DNA from: an uncultured bacterium
GTDB lineage: Bacteria; Acidobacteriota; HRBIN11; JAKEFK01
Assembly: GCA_963777505.1 (NCBI GenBank)
Contig: CAVZQN010000006.1
Location: forward strand, 384,001-448,000
Direction: 5' to 3'
Length of the DNA: 64,000 nucleotides
The notes beneath the pieces are model-generated. The model did no database searches and was not told the DNA's origin. It saw only the letters and a list, made by a program, of their open reading frames with translations. How positions within the stretch are numbered: the first letter of the stretch is position 1; each line of letters starts with the position of its first letter. This document shows, in pieces, positions 8,189 to 16,762 of the stretch. Both the position numbers and the translations under genes were made by a program.

Positions 8189-10684
8189 ATGCCTGCATAC
8201 GGGCGAATCTTCTCTCGAATTCTTCTGTTGTTCGTGCTTCTCATTGCGGCGTTTTCAGCATTTACATTTCTAACTGTGCGCCGTTCTTTTCCTGCGCTTC
8301 AAGGAGAGATCAAATTAAGTGGACTGAATTCGCGCGTTAGGGTTCTTCGCGATCCCCATGGAATTCCGCAAATTTATGCCTCAAATCAACATGATCTATT
8401 TTTTGCGCAGGGTTTTGTTCATGCGCAGGACCGATTCTGGCAGATGGATACTTGGAGACACACTGGTTCGGGACGGCTTTCTGAATTGTTCGGCAAATCG
8501 CAAGTAGATACGGATAAATTTCTTCGCACACTCGGTTGGAAGAGGACGGTTCAAAAGGAACTTGAAAAAACGGATTCGCATTCGCTCAGTATTCTTCGTG
8601 CATATTCAGATGGTGTGAACGCTTATATCAAACAAAATCAAGGAAGCAAATTGTCGCTTGAATACGTATTGCTGTCGGTCATGAATCGAAATTATAAGCT
8701 TGAAGATTGGCAGCCCGAGCACTCATTAACGTTCGGCAAAGTGATGTCGTGGGATCTTTGCATGAATATGTTTAGTGAAATTAACCGTTCAATTCTGTCG
8801 AAGGCCCTCTCCCAGGATCAAGTTGATGAGATCTATCCTTTGTATCCGGCCGATGGACCATTTGTCGTTACACAATTGAGCAACCAACCGGTTGATTCTT
8901 CACGGTCTGAAGTTTTTCGTTCGCCTGAATTGGATCAATCAATACTGAATCTACATGCTTCACTTCAAAACTTACCTGATGTAATTGGTGTACGCGGCGA
9001 ATCGATGGGCTCAAACAATTGGGTCATTTCAGGATCCAAAACTACAACCGGAAAGCCAATTCTAGCGAATGATCCACATCTTGATGCACAAATGCCTTCG
9101 ATCTGGTATGAAGCCGGACTTCATTGTGAGCCTGTCTCCGAAGCGTGTCCGTTTGATGTTACGGGATTTTCATTTGCAGGTGTTCCTGGAATTATCCTGG
9201 GTCACAATGCTCGAATCGGCTGGGCAATGACAAATGTGGGCTCAGATGTGATGGATTTGTATATCGAAAAAATAAATCCGGAAAATCCAAATCAGTATCA
9301 GTTCAAAGATGAATGGCATGACATGCAAATCATTCAGGAAAAGATCCGTGTTGCCGGAGAAGATGATATTGATTTTAAGATTCGCAGCACACGTCATGGA
9401 CCGATCATTTCAGATACGATGTCGTCACTTGAAGATTTTGAAAAGGCCAGCGGACAAGATTTGCCAGACAAGTTCGCGATTACGTTGCGCTGGACTGCAC
9501 TCGAACCTTCCGAAGTGTTTCCAGCGATTTGGAAAATGAATATCGCAAAAAATTGGACAGAGTTTCGCAGCGCTGCGTCCGAATTTGATGTTCCTTCACA
9601 AAACCTGCTTTACGCAGACGTTGATGGAAACATTGGATATCAAACTCCTGGATTAATTCCTATCCGCTCCAAGGGTGATGGACGTTTTCCAGTGCCTGGT
9701 TGGACTGGAGAATACGAATGGACCGGCTATATTCCGTTTGATCAACTTCCTTCAATGTTCAATCCATCTGAAGGTTTTATTGTTTCAGCAAACAATCAAG
9801 TCGTTTCTTCTGAGTATCCGCATTTGATATCGAACGATTGGGAAGCAGGATTTCGCGCGTCGCGGATCGTTGAGTTGATTCGGAATCATCAAGCACCGAT
9901 CGATACGAAGTTTGTTGAAACTATGCAAGGTGACAACAAGAACGGAAAAGCTGAAATCGTTCTTCCTTATTTATTAAGTTTGAAAATTGAAAAGTCCGAA
10001 CTCCAGGGCCCGCTTGAGTTGCTTCGGAGATGGAACCATCAACAAGGAATCGATTCCGCAGGCGGAGCAATGTTCGAGATGTTCTGGAAACATCTCATGG
10101 CAAAAACATTCCAGGATGATTTACCGGAGGATTTCTGGCCCGGTGGATCCGATCGCTGGGGTTATGTAATTCAACGCGCTCTTCAAAATAACCACTGGTG
10201 GGACAATAAAAAGACATCTGCCATCGAAACACGCGACGACATCTTTCGTACAGCATTCGAAGATGCAGTGAAGGAATTACAAAGCATTCAGGGAAATGAT
10301 CCGACTCAATGGAGATGGGGCGCGTTGCACACGCTGACATTTAAGAATCAGACTTTAGGATTGTCAGGAATTGGCGCTGTTGAATTCTTATTGAACCGCG
10401 GACCTTTTGAATCCGGCGGTGGAACTGCAATCGTAAATGCAACCGGTTTCAATCCACGTCGCTCTTTTGAAGTTACAGGTCTTCCTTCAATGCGAATGAT
10501 TGTTGATTTTTCAGACTTTGACCAATCGCGAGCAATCAATACAACGGGACAATCAGGCCACGCATATCACGGCAACTATATTGATATGGCCGACGATTGG
10601 AGAAAGATTCAATATCATCAATGGAATTTTGGCAAAAAGGCTGCTGAAAAGAGTGCGGCTAATGAATTGATCCTGTTACCTTGA
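8189..10684 (+). CDS. Penicillin acylase family Ntn-hydrolase (peptidase S45)
   Basis: RDPHGIPQI, GFVHAQDRFWQMD, GSNNW nucleophile motif, LANDPHL, GQSGH. Confidence 0.93.
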   Translation: MPAYGRIFSRILLLFVLLIAAFSAFTFLTVRRSFPALQGEIKLSGLNSRVRVLRDPHGIPQIYASNQHDLFFAQGFVHAQDRFWQMDTWRHTGSGRLSELFGKSQVDTDKFLRTLGWKRTVQKELEKTDSHSLSILRAYSDGVNAYIKQNQGSKLSLEYVLLSVMNRNYKLEDWQPEHSLTFGKVMSWDLCMNMFSEINRSILSKALSQDQVDEIYPLYPADGPFVVTQLSNQPVDSSRSEVFRSPELDQSILNLHASLQNLPDVIGVRGESMGSNNWVISGSKTTTGKPILANDPHLDAQMPSIWYEAGLHCEPVSEACPFDVTGFSFAGVPGIILGHNARIGWAMTNVGSDVMDLYIEKINPENPNQYQFKDEWHDMQIIQEKIRVAGEDDIDFKIRSTRHGPIISDTMSSLEDFEKASGQDLPDKFAITLRWTALEPSEVFPAIWKMNIAKNWTEFRSAASEFDVPSQNLLYADVDGNIGYQTPGLIPIRSKGDGRFPVPGWTGEYEWTGYIPFDQLPSMFNPSEGFIVSANNQVVSSEYPHLISNDWEAGFRASRIVELIRNHQAPIDTKFVETMQGDNKNGKAEIVLPYLLSLKIEKSELQGPLELLRRWNHQQGIDSAGGAMFEMFWKHLMAKTFQDDLPEDFWPGGSDRWGYVIQRALQNNHWWDNKKTSAIETRDDIFRTAFEDAVKELQSIQGNDPTQWRWGALHTLTFKNQTLGLSGIGAVEFLLNRGPFESGGGTAIVNATGFNPRRSFEVTGLPSMRMIVDFSDFDQSRAINTTGQSGHAYHGNYIDMADDWRKIQYHQWNFGKKAAEKSAANELILLP

Positions 10685-10689
10685 TGCGC

Positions 10690-11526
10690 TTACTTTACTT
10701 TTTTGAGCGATCCGCCCACAGCGCGTTTCTCATCTTCATCGGCTCTTCCACTCGGACGTTTTAAACGAGCTTGTTTGACGCTGAGTTGAAGTGCTTCCAT
10801 CAGATCGGTGACTTTAGGTTTGGCTTTTGGTTTGACGATCGTTAGCTTGCGTCCTTTAATCTTGGACTCAAGCATTTCCTCCATTGCCTCTGTGTAGTCA
10901 CTCTTAAATTCTTGAGGATCAAAAGATTCGGTAAGATTTTCAATAAGTTCTTTTGCAAGTACCAATTCTTTATCGCGGACTTTTAGATCATCGCTGATTT
11001 GATTTTCATTTTCACGAATTTCATCTGCGTACAACATCAAATGCAAAATCAATCCGTTCATTCCGGGACGAACCAGCGCTAGATATTCGTGATTGCGCAT
11101 CACGAGCTTACCGATGGCGGCGCGTTGAGTTTCTTCCATCGCTTTGGCAAGCAATCCGAAAGTTTTTTCGCTATTGCGATCAGGACCAAGATAGTAAGTG
11201 CGCTCAAAATAAATTGGATCGACTTCATCAATATTTATGAACTGGAGAATTTCCATGTTGCTGCTGGATTCAGGGCGCACAGTTTTGAGATCGTCCTCAT
11301 CTATAGTTACGTAGCGATCTTTTTCAAACTGATATCCTTTTACCAGTTCCGAACGCTGAACTACGCGCTCACAAGTCGGGCAATAATTTTGCAAATTAAT
11401 GCGATTGCCGCATTCCTCATGCAACAAATTGAATGAAACATCATGCGAAGTGGTGGCCCCGAAAAGCTTCACGGGGATTGAAACTAAACCAAAACTGACT
11501 GTCCCTGTCCATATTGAAGTTGCCAT
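10690..11526 (-). CDS. ku: NHEJ DNA end-binding protein Ku
   Basis: MATSIWTGTVSFGLVSIPVKL, VKGYQF, VDPIYFERTYYL, DLMEALQLS and a basic tail. Confidence 0.95.
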   Translation of the reverse strand: MATSIWTGTVSFGLVSIPVKLFGATTSHDVSFNLLHEECGNRINLQNYCPTCERVVQRSELVKGYQFEKDRYVTIDEDDLKTVRPESSSNMEILQFINIDEVDPIYFERTYYLGPDRNSEKTFGLLAKAMEETQRAAIGKLVMRNHEYLALVRPGMNGLILHLMLYADEIRENENQISDDLKVRDKELVLAKELIENLTESFDPQEFKSDYTEAMEEMLESKIKGRKLTIVKPKAKPKVTDLMEALQLSVKQARLKRPSGRADEDEKRAVGGSLKKVK

Positions 11527-11707
11527 AATGCCTAAATATACATCAGGGGATTCAAAGACGGTAGCGACGATTTGCAGAATTGATGTAGCTATGAGTACTA
11601 CACAAAGACACGATTTTTGTCGACGACAACTCAGTGCGTTTTCTGGCGGTGCAGCATTCTCTCGCTGCTTAAGATTTAGGTTGAAGGTGTGTACGAAGGA
11701 GATCAAC

Positions 11708-12313
11708 ATGACAAAAATCGTATTTTTATTTTTCGGAGTATTTCTTGCGCTTGGTTTATTTGTGCAAGCTGATATTGTTCCGAATTCTAATGATGCAAAA
11801 ATCAAGGATGCAATTCAGCAAAGCTTCCTTGCAGATGAAAGACTATCAAGTGCTGACATCGACATAGAAGTCAACGAAGGCGAAGTTACTTTAAAAGGAA
11901 AGACGATCGGACACGAAGAAGCAACGCGCGCAGTTGAGCTGGCGAAAAACGTGACTGGCGTAGTTCGGGTCGAAAACAAACTTGAAGTTGACACGATGAT
12001 TACAAATGATGATGTTGAAGACCGGCTCGATAGCAAGGAAGAAAATCTGGAAGAGTTAAAGGACCAAAATGAACCAAACCGAAATATTGGAACCGTTATC
12101 GATGACGCTACGATCACAACAGCGGTTAAGATGAAATTCGCAAAAGATGATGTTGTGCGTGCGTACAAGATTGATATCGATACAAAAAATGGCGAGGTCA
12201 TGCTTTCCGGGGAAGTAAAAAATGAAGTGGAGGCCAACCGCGCGATTGAAATAGCAAAAACAGTAGAAGGTGTGAGCGAGGTTAAATCCGTTTTAGTTGT
12301 AAAGCCTGAATAA
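11708..12313 (+). CDS. Secreted double BON domain (OsmY-like) protein
   Basis: AAGGAG RBS; signal peptide; two BON repeats (D-x-x-I...GEV-x-L-x-G...GV-x-x-V). Confidence 0.9.
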   Translation: MTKIVFLFFGVFLALGLFVQADIVPNSNDAKIKDAIQQSFLADERLSSADIDIEVNEGEVTLKGKTIGHEEATRAVELAKNVTGVVRVENKLEVDTMITNDDVEDRLDSKEENLEELKDQNEPNRNIGTVIDDATITTAVKMKFAKDDVVRAYKIDIDTKNGEVMLSGEVKNEVEANRAIEIAKTVEGVSEVKSVLVVKPE

Positions 12314-12340
12314 CAATCCAAAATCATTTTTGTACCAACC

Positions 12341-12376
12341 TAACAAGGCCGGCCCTATTGGGCCGGCTTTTTTGTT
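12341..12376 (+). terminator. Rho-independent terminator
   Basis: GGCCGGCCC-TATT-GGGCCGGC followed by TTTTTT, downstream of the BON gene. Confidence 0.8.
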
Positions 12377-12512
12377 ACCCCGGCGATTTGACCGCTGGCT
12401 TCCAGCCGGCCGAGCTGAGCTAAATCATTTTGGGTTGCAGGGATGGTTTGAAAGTGCCATAATTTTCATCCACACAAAAACCTGCCTCAGGCAGTTTTCC
12501 CCATTTCTGGAT

Positions 12513-12589
12513 GGTGAGTGTAGCTCAGTTGGTAGAGCGCTGGATTGTGGCTCCAGTGGTCGCGGGTTCAAGTCCCGTCACTCACCCCA
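12513..12589 (+). tRNA. tRNA-His(GTG)
   Basis: G-1, acceptor GTGAGTG/CACTCAC, anticodon arm CTGGA-TT GTG GC-TCCAG, C73 and encoded CCA. Confidence 0.96.
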
Positions 12590-12715
12590 TTAACCCGCGT
12601 TCGATCCGTTTTTCATGGTGTTCGCGCAGCGTTTGTATCTGACTGCACCATTTTCCTTGTGAGAAGCAGATCCCGCGAACAAAAATATAAGAAAGGATTA
12701 CATGGGAAGTACCTA

Positions 12716-13714
12716 ATGACTAAAAGTTGCTGGATCCTCACCACTCTTCTTCTGATTCCACTGTTGCAATCTGTTCAAGCTGATGATTTTTCGATGTCTC
12801 AAATCTATCCGATAGATCGCGGACATTCGTATATTGGGTTTTCCGTTCAGTATATGGGCTTTGCAAAAGTACGCGGGCGATTTACTGATTTCTCGGGAAC
12901 CTTTCGCTTTGATGAAAAGGACATCACGAAGAGCTCAGCGACTGTTTTGATCAAAGTCGATAGCATTGACACGGATCTTGACATGAGAGACGACGATCTG
13001 CGATCTCCGAATTGGTTCGACGCCAAAGAATATCAGCTGATCAAATTCCAAACCAAACACATACTCAAAACGGACGCAGGCGTCATAGCAGTTGGCGACC
13101 TGACAATAAAGAACGTTACAAAGGAAGTACAACTTAAGATGGAGGCCTGTTCTGGAGTTAAGAAAGATGCCCGTAAAGACACCCAAATTGTGTTCACAGG
13201 TGGAACCAAAATCAACCGGAAAGATTTCGGTATAGAAGGAGAGAAGTGGAGCAAAGTCAAGGAAGGTATCACAGCAGTGGATTCAGATGTAGATATCGAA
13301 TTGAGTATTCTTGGAAAACAGATCAATGCCCCTAACTTCACAAATTGGGTGAATGATATTGAAACTCCAGAAGGGAAGATCTATAAGCTCATGAATGAAA
13401 GCGGCGTTGAAAAAGGGATTCAAGAATTCCGAGCAATCAAGACTACGAACAAGAATGAGATTGATTTTAACGCTTTAGACGTAGTTGGGTACATGCTATT
13501 GAAAGAAAACAAAGTGGATGAGGCAATCAAGGTTTTCATGGAAAATGCAGAATCCTTTCCTGATGAGTTTAGTGTTTATGATTCATTGGCGGAGGCATAT
13601 GCAGTTCGTGGAGATCGCACAAACGCTATTCAATATTACAAGCGAAGTCTGAAAATGGAGCCCTACAATGCCTATGCCGTTGAGGTTCTCAGACACCTGC
13701 AAGTCGCCAACTAA
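12716..13714 (+). CDS. YceI lipid/polyisoprenoid-binding domain fused to C-terminal TPR
   Basis: IDRGHSYIGF, VRGRF, SIDTD..RDDDLRS..WFDA, GDLTIK; TPR segment VYDSLAEAY...YYKRSL. Confidence 0.85.
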   Translation: MTKSCWILTTLLLIPLLQSVQADDFSMSQIYPIDRGHSYIGFSVQYMGFAKVRGRFTDFSGTFRFDEKDITKSSATVLIKVDSIDTDLDMRDDDLRSPNWFDAKEYQLIKFQTKHILKTDAGVIAVGDLTIKNVTKEVQLKMEACSGVKKDARKDTQIVFTGGTKINRKDFGIEGEKWSKVKEGITAVDSDVDIELSILGKQINAPNFTNWVNDIETPEGKIYKLMNESGVEKGIQEFRAIKTTNKNEIDFNALDVVGYMLLKENKVDEAIKVFMENAESFPDEFSVYDSLAEAYAVRGDRTNAIQYYKRSLKMEPYNAYAVEVLRHLQVAN

Positions 13715-13733
13715 GTGCCAAAGTGCATCTTAA

Positions 13734-14042
13734 CTAAAGAACTTCGTCATTGACTTCGGGAAGAAAAAAGCCGTCCTGATCCTCGCGTGGTGAGTCTATT
13801 ACAGTCGGCTCCAACCCCACCATTTCTCCTTTAAACGTTTTAAGATTGGGGATTTGTGTATTCAATTCTGCGGAACGCGAATCAGCCTGCAGCTTCAATT
13901 CTGCCAATTGCTGAGAATGCTTTTGCGGATTTTCAGAGAGCTTTTCAGGTGAAGCCTCAGTTCTAACATTGGCGGCGGGCTCGGTTATTTCGTCCGGATA
14001 TGTATACGGTACATTGACACCCTCAACTCGTCGGATGGTCAT
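13734..14042 (-). CDS. Small hypothetical protein
   Basis: GGAGGA RBS before ATG (MTIRRVEG...); fills the intergenic gap. Confidence 0.65.
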   Translation of the reverse strand: MTIRRVEGVNVPYTYPDEITEPAANVRTEASPEKLSENPQKHSQQLAELKLQADSRSAELNTQIPNLKTFKGEMVGLEPTVIDSPREDQDGFFLPEVNDEVL

Positions 14043-14242
14043 ATTTGTGCTCCTCCAATTTTCATGCGGAAAAACCATCCTTGCCGGATCACATTTCCTT
14101 ACGCATGAATCCTATAAATTTCAAAAAACCCTACAGAAATGCACGTGATTTTACGACTCAATACCTCGTCAATATTTATGGCCTGAAAAGACCTGGCGAC
14201 CTAACTTTTATACTGCACCAATCATTAATAAGGGGTACATAA

Positions 14243-15238
14243 ATGAAACTATGCGTTCGCATTTTTTGTCTGTTTTTGCTTGCAATTAGTCCAGCGAGCG
14301 CTACAGAAATTCCTGAGAAGCTTAAGGAAGCAATCAAAATCCAGGTCTTGCTCGACCGTGCCAATTTTTCGACTGGAGAGATCGATGGAAGTATTGGTCC
14401 ACGATCAGAAAAAACTCTCTCGGCATATCAAGAAGCACACAATTTAGACGTTTCTGGAAATCCCGATGAGGCGACAGTTGCATCACTCGAACAAGAAAAT
14501 CCAGGTGAGTCGCTTGTTTCGTACACAATCACGGCTGATGATGCAAAGGGGCCTTTTGTTGAGAAAATTCCCGAAGACAAAATGGAACAATCAAAACTTG
14601 AACATCTCGGTTATACCTCTTCGCTTGAGGCAATCTCTGAGAAATTTCATTCAAATCCAAGACTATTAAAAAAGCTAAACCCGGCTGCACAATTCACAGA
14701 AGGTGAAGAAATTCTAGTTCCGAATGTATTGAATGAAGCTGCGGATGGATCGCAGACCCAATCAAACAACGAAACTCAAACATCCGAAAATAAGACCCAA
14801 AAAGTTTCAGGAAAGAAAAATGGAAATTCCAATCTACGAATTGTTGTGTCTTCGAAAGACTCGGAGTTAACAGTCAAAAATGAAAGCGACGAGATCTTGA
14901 TGTACGCGCCTGCTACTTCGGGCAGTGAAATGGATCCACTGCCTGTGGGACAGTGGGAAGTAACAAGAGTCATCAGAAATCCTGAATTTTATTACAACCC
15001 TGAATTATTTTGGGATGCCGATCCTTCACATTCAAAAGCTAAAATTCAACCAGGACCAAACAATCCTGTTGGAGTTGCCTGGATCGACATCGATAAAGAA
15101 CATTATGGAATTCACGGTTCACCTGAGCCTTCGAAAATTGGCAAACGTGAATCCCATGGCTGTGTGCGCCTAACAAACTGGGACGTTCAAAGGCTGCTTC
15201 AATATGCGAAACCTGGAATGAAGGTGATATTCCAATGA
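14243..15238 (+). CDS. L,D-transpeptidase (YkuD family) with peptidoglycan-binding domain
   Basis: GEIDG PG-binding segment; NNPVG...YGIHG...SHGCVRL catalytic motif. Confidence 0.93.
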   Translation: MKLCVRIFCLFLLAISPASATEIPEKLKEAIKIQVLLDRANFSTGEIDGSIGPRSEKTLSAYQEAHNLDVSGNPDEATVASLEQENPGESLVSYTITADDAKGPFVEKIPEDKMEQSKLEHLGYTSSLEAISEKFHSNPRLLKKLNPAAQFTEGEEILVPNVLNEAADGSQTQSNNETQTSENKTQKVSGKKNGNSNLRIVVSSKDSELTVKNESDEILMYAPATSGSEMDPLPVGQWEVTRVIRNPEFYYNPELFWDADPSHSKAKIQPGPNNPVGVAWIDIDKEHYGIHGSPEPSKIGKRESHGCVRLTNWDVQRLLQYAKPGMKVIFQ

Positions 15239-15909
15239 TTTCTTTCAAAATCCTACTCGTTGTAGGAATTATTTGTTTTGCGATCGGCGTCTTATTGCAT
15301 CCTGTCATCTTTCCAGAAAAGCCTGTCGTTCGTGAATTCTTACCGGAAGTCCGTCCAGGCGTGGAAATGCACAAGCACGAAAGTCCGCGACTCGCATCAA
15401 ATGCCCGCGAAGAAGACAAAATCGATCCGAAACAAGCAGAAGAGGAAGAAAAAGCAACGGAAGATCTAATGGAAGATTTGCGCGGTCAAGAATTATTGAT
15501 GCCTGTAAAAGGAGTTGGATTTGAGAATGTAAAAGACTCCTTTCAGGAATCACGCGGTGATCATTTACATGAAGCTGTTGACATTCTTGCTCCGAGAGGA
15601 ACTCCTGTCGTTGCTGTATCGGATGGCAAGATCGTAAAACTTTTTTCTAGTGTTCGAGGCGGCATAACGATTTATCAGTTTGATCCAGAAGAAAAGTATG
15701 CATTCTATTATGCTCACCTGGAAAAGTATGCCGAAGATATTGAGGAAGGTGACAGCGTTGACCGTGGGGACGTTATTGGATATGTAGGAACTACCGGCAA
15801 TGCTCCGAAAGATACACCACATCTTCATTTTGCAATCTTCAAACTCAATTCCGATAAACGATGGTGGGAAGGCACTGCTATCGACCCCTATCCTATTTTA
15901 AAAAAGTAA
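15235..15909 (+). CDS. M23 family peptidoglycan metallopeptidase
   Basis: HEAVD, YAHL and HLHF motifs; ATGA overlap with the upstream gene. Confidence 0.93.
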   Translation: MISFKILLVVGIICFAIGVLLHPVIFPEKPVVREFLPEVRPGVEMHKHESPRLASNAREEDKIDPKQAEEEEKATEDLMEDLRGQELLMPVKGVGFENVKDSFQESRGDHLHEAVDILAPRGTPVVAVSDGKIVKLFSSVRGGITIYQFDPEEKYAFYYAHLEKYAEDIEEGDSVDRGDVIGYVGTTGNAPKDTPHLHFAIFKLNSDKRWWEGTAIDPYPILKK

Positions 15910-16063
15910 GGGCACTACAAAAGACACTACAGTATTTTGTTTTTACACAGAATGTGTTTTCTTTTAACATTCCAGTAAAAGCTGCACACGATACTATTAC
16001 TGCCCGAGCACTGATTGCGTAGAAAACGGCATCAGAAGCCCGGCGCAAGAAAGATGTTTTAGT

Positions 16064-16303
16064 TTGGATAGGTTAAAGGTCTTCGACATGTGCCGCAATT
16101 TCAAAACGTATTCTGCTGCTAAGTGTTCAGCGCCAAAAGAACAAATTGCACGAACGATTTCGAGAGCCTTCGTGTTTTGTGAGGCAGAACCATTAAAGTG
16201 TCCGATCTATCAGATGTGTGAAAATAGTTTGTTGCACAAAACTGTTCAGGCATTTCAGAAGACTCAAAATCAAATTGTTTTAAAGGAGGTAAACTATGGC
16301 TAG
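16064..16303 (+). CDS. Small Cys-rich hypothetical protein (start may be ATG 16088)
   Basis: Five Cys (CRNF, CSA, FC, CPIY, C); stop overlaps the start of the downstream regulator. Confidence 0.5.
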   Translation: MDRLKVFDMCRNFKTYSAAKCSAPKEQIARTISRAFVFCEAEPLKCPIYQMCENSLLHKTVQAFQKTQNQIVLKEVNYG

Positions 16304-16754
16304 TCGACCTATACCGCCCGATAGTTTCGAATTAGATAGTTCGTATACCTCCAGCGATTCCCTCATGAAGGAAAAGCTGAATCACACTCGTGTCTTAATT
16401 GTGGAAGATGAATACATTGTTGCAGAAGATTTACGAACAAAACTTCAGGAACTTGGTTTTGTTGTAACCGGTGTGACAGCTTCGGGAAGGGAGGCGATTG
16501 AATACGCAAAAAAGAATTTGCCGGATTTAGTGTTAATGGATTGCCGGATTTTATCCGATCTCAATGGACCAGAAACGGCTGTGATAATTCAAGGTCTCAC
16601 GCAAAATCCAATCCCGGTTGTTTTTCTTACAGCGTATTCGCAAAATGATTACCCATTAATCCGTGCAGTAGATCCATGCTTATTCCTTCGGAAGCCATTT
16701 ACAGCGACGGATCTTCAACAAACTTTAGAAAAAGTGATCGGGCTCAAATATTAA
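16296..16754 (+). CDS. Single-domain response regulator
   Basis: AAGGAGG RBS; VLIVEDE, PDLVLMD, VVFLTA and KPF. Confidence 0.9.
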   Translation: MASRPIPPDSFELDSSYTSSDSLMKEKLNHTRVLIVEDEYIVAEDLRTKLQELGFVVTGVTASGREAIEYAKKNLPDLVLMDCRILSDLNGPETAVIIQGLTQNPIPVVFLTAYSQNDYPLIRAVDPCLFLRKPFTATDLQQTLEKVIGLKY

Positions 16755-16762
16755 GATTGGAC

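Noticed and set aside
11399-11805. Apparent 400-bp head-to-head overlap of the ku and BON ORFs
   Set aside because: Artefact of longest-ORF calling; likely starts at 11526 and 11708 leave an intergenic gap.
11815-12327. Long antisense ORFs over BON genes and BNR genes (also 28214-28606, 6067-6498)
   Set aside because: Shadow frames of well-supported genes, with no RBS or motifs.
12330-12715. ORF 12330-12593 and the N-terminal extension of the YceI ORF from 12545
   Set aside because: They overlap a terminator and tRNA-His; the signal peptide begins at ATG 12716.
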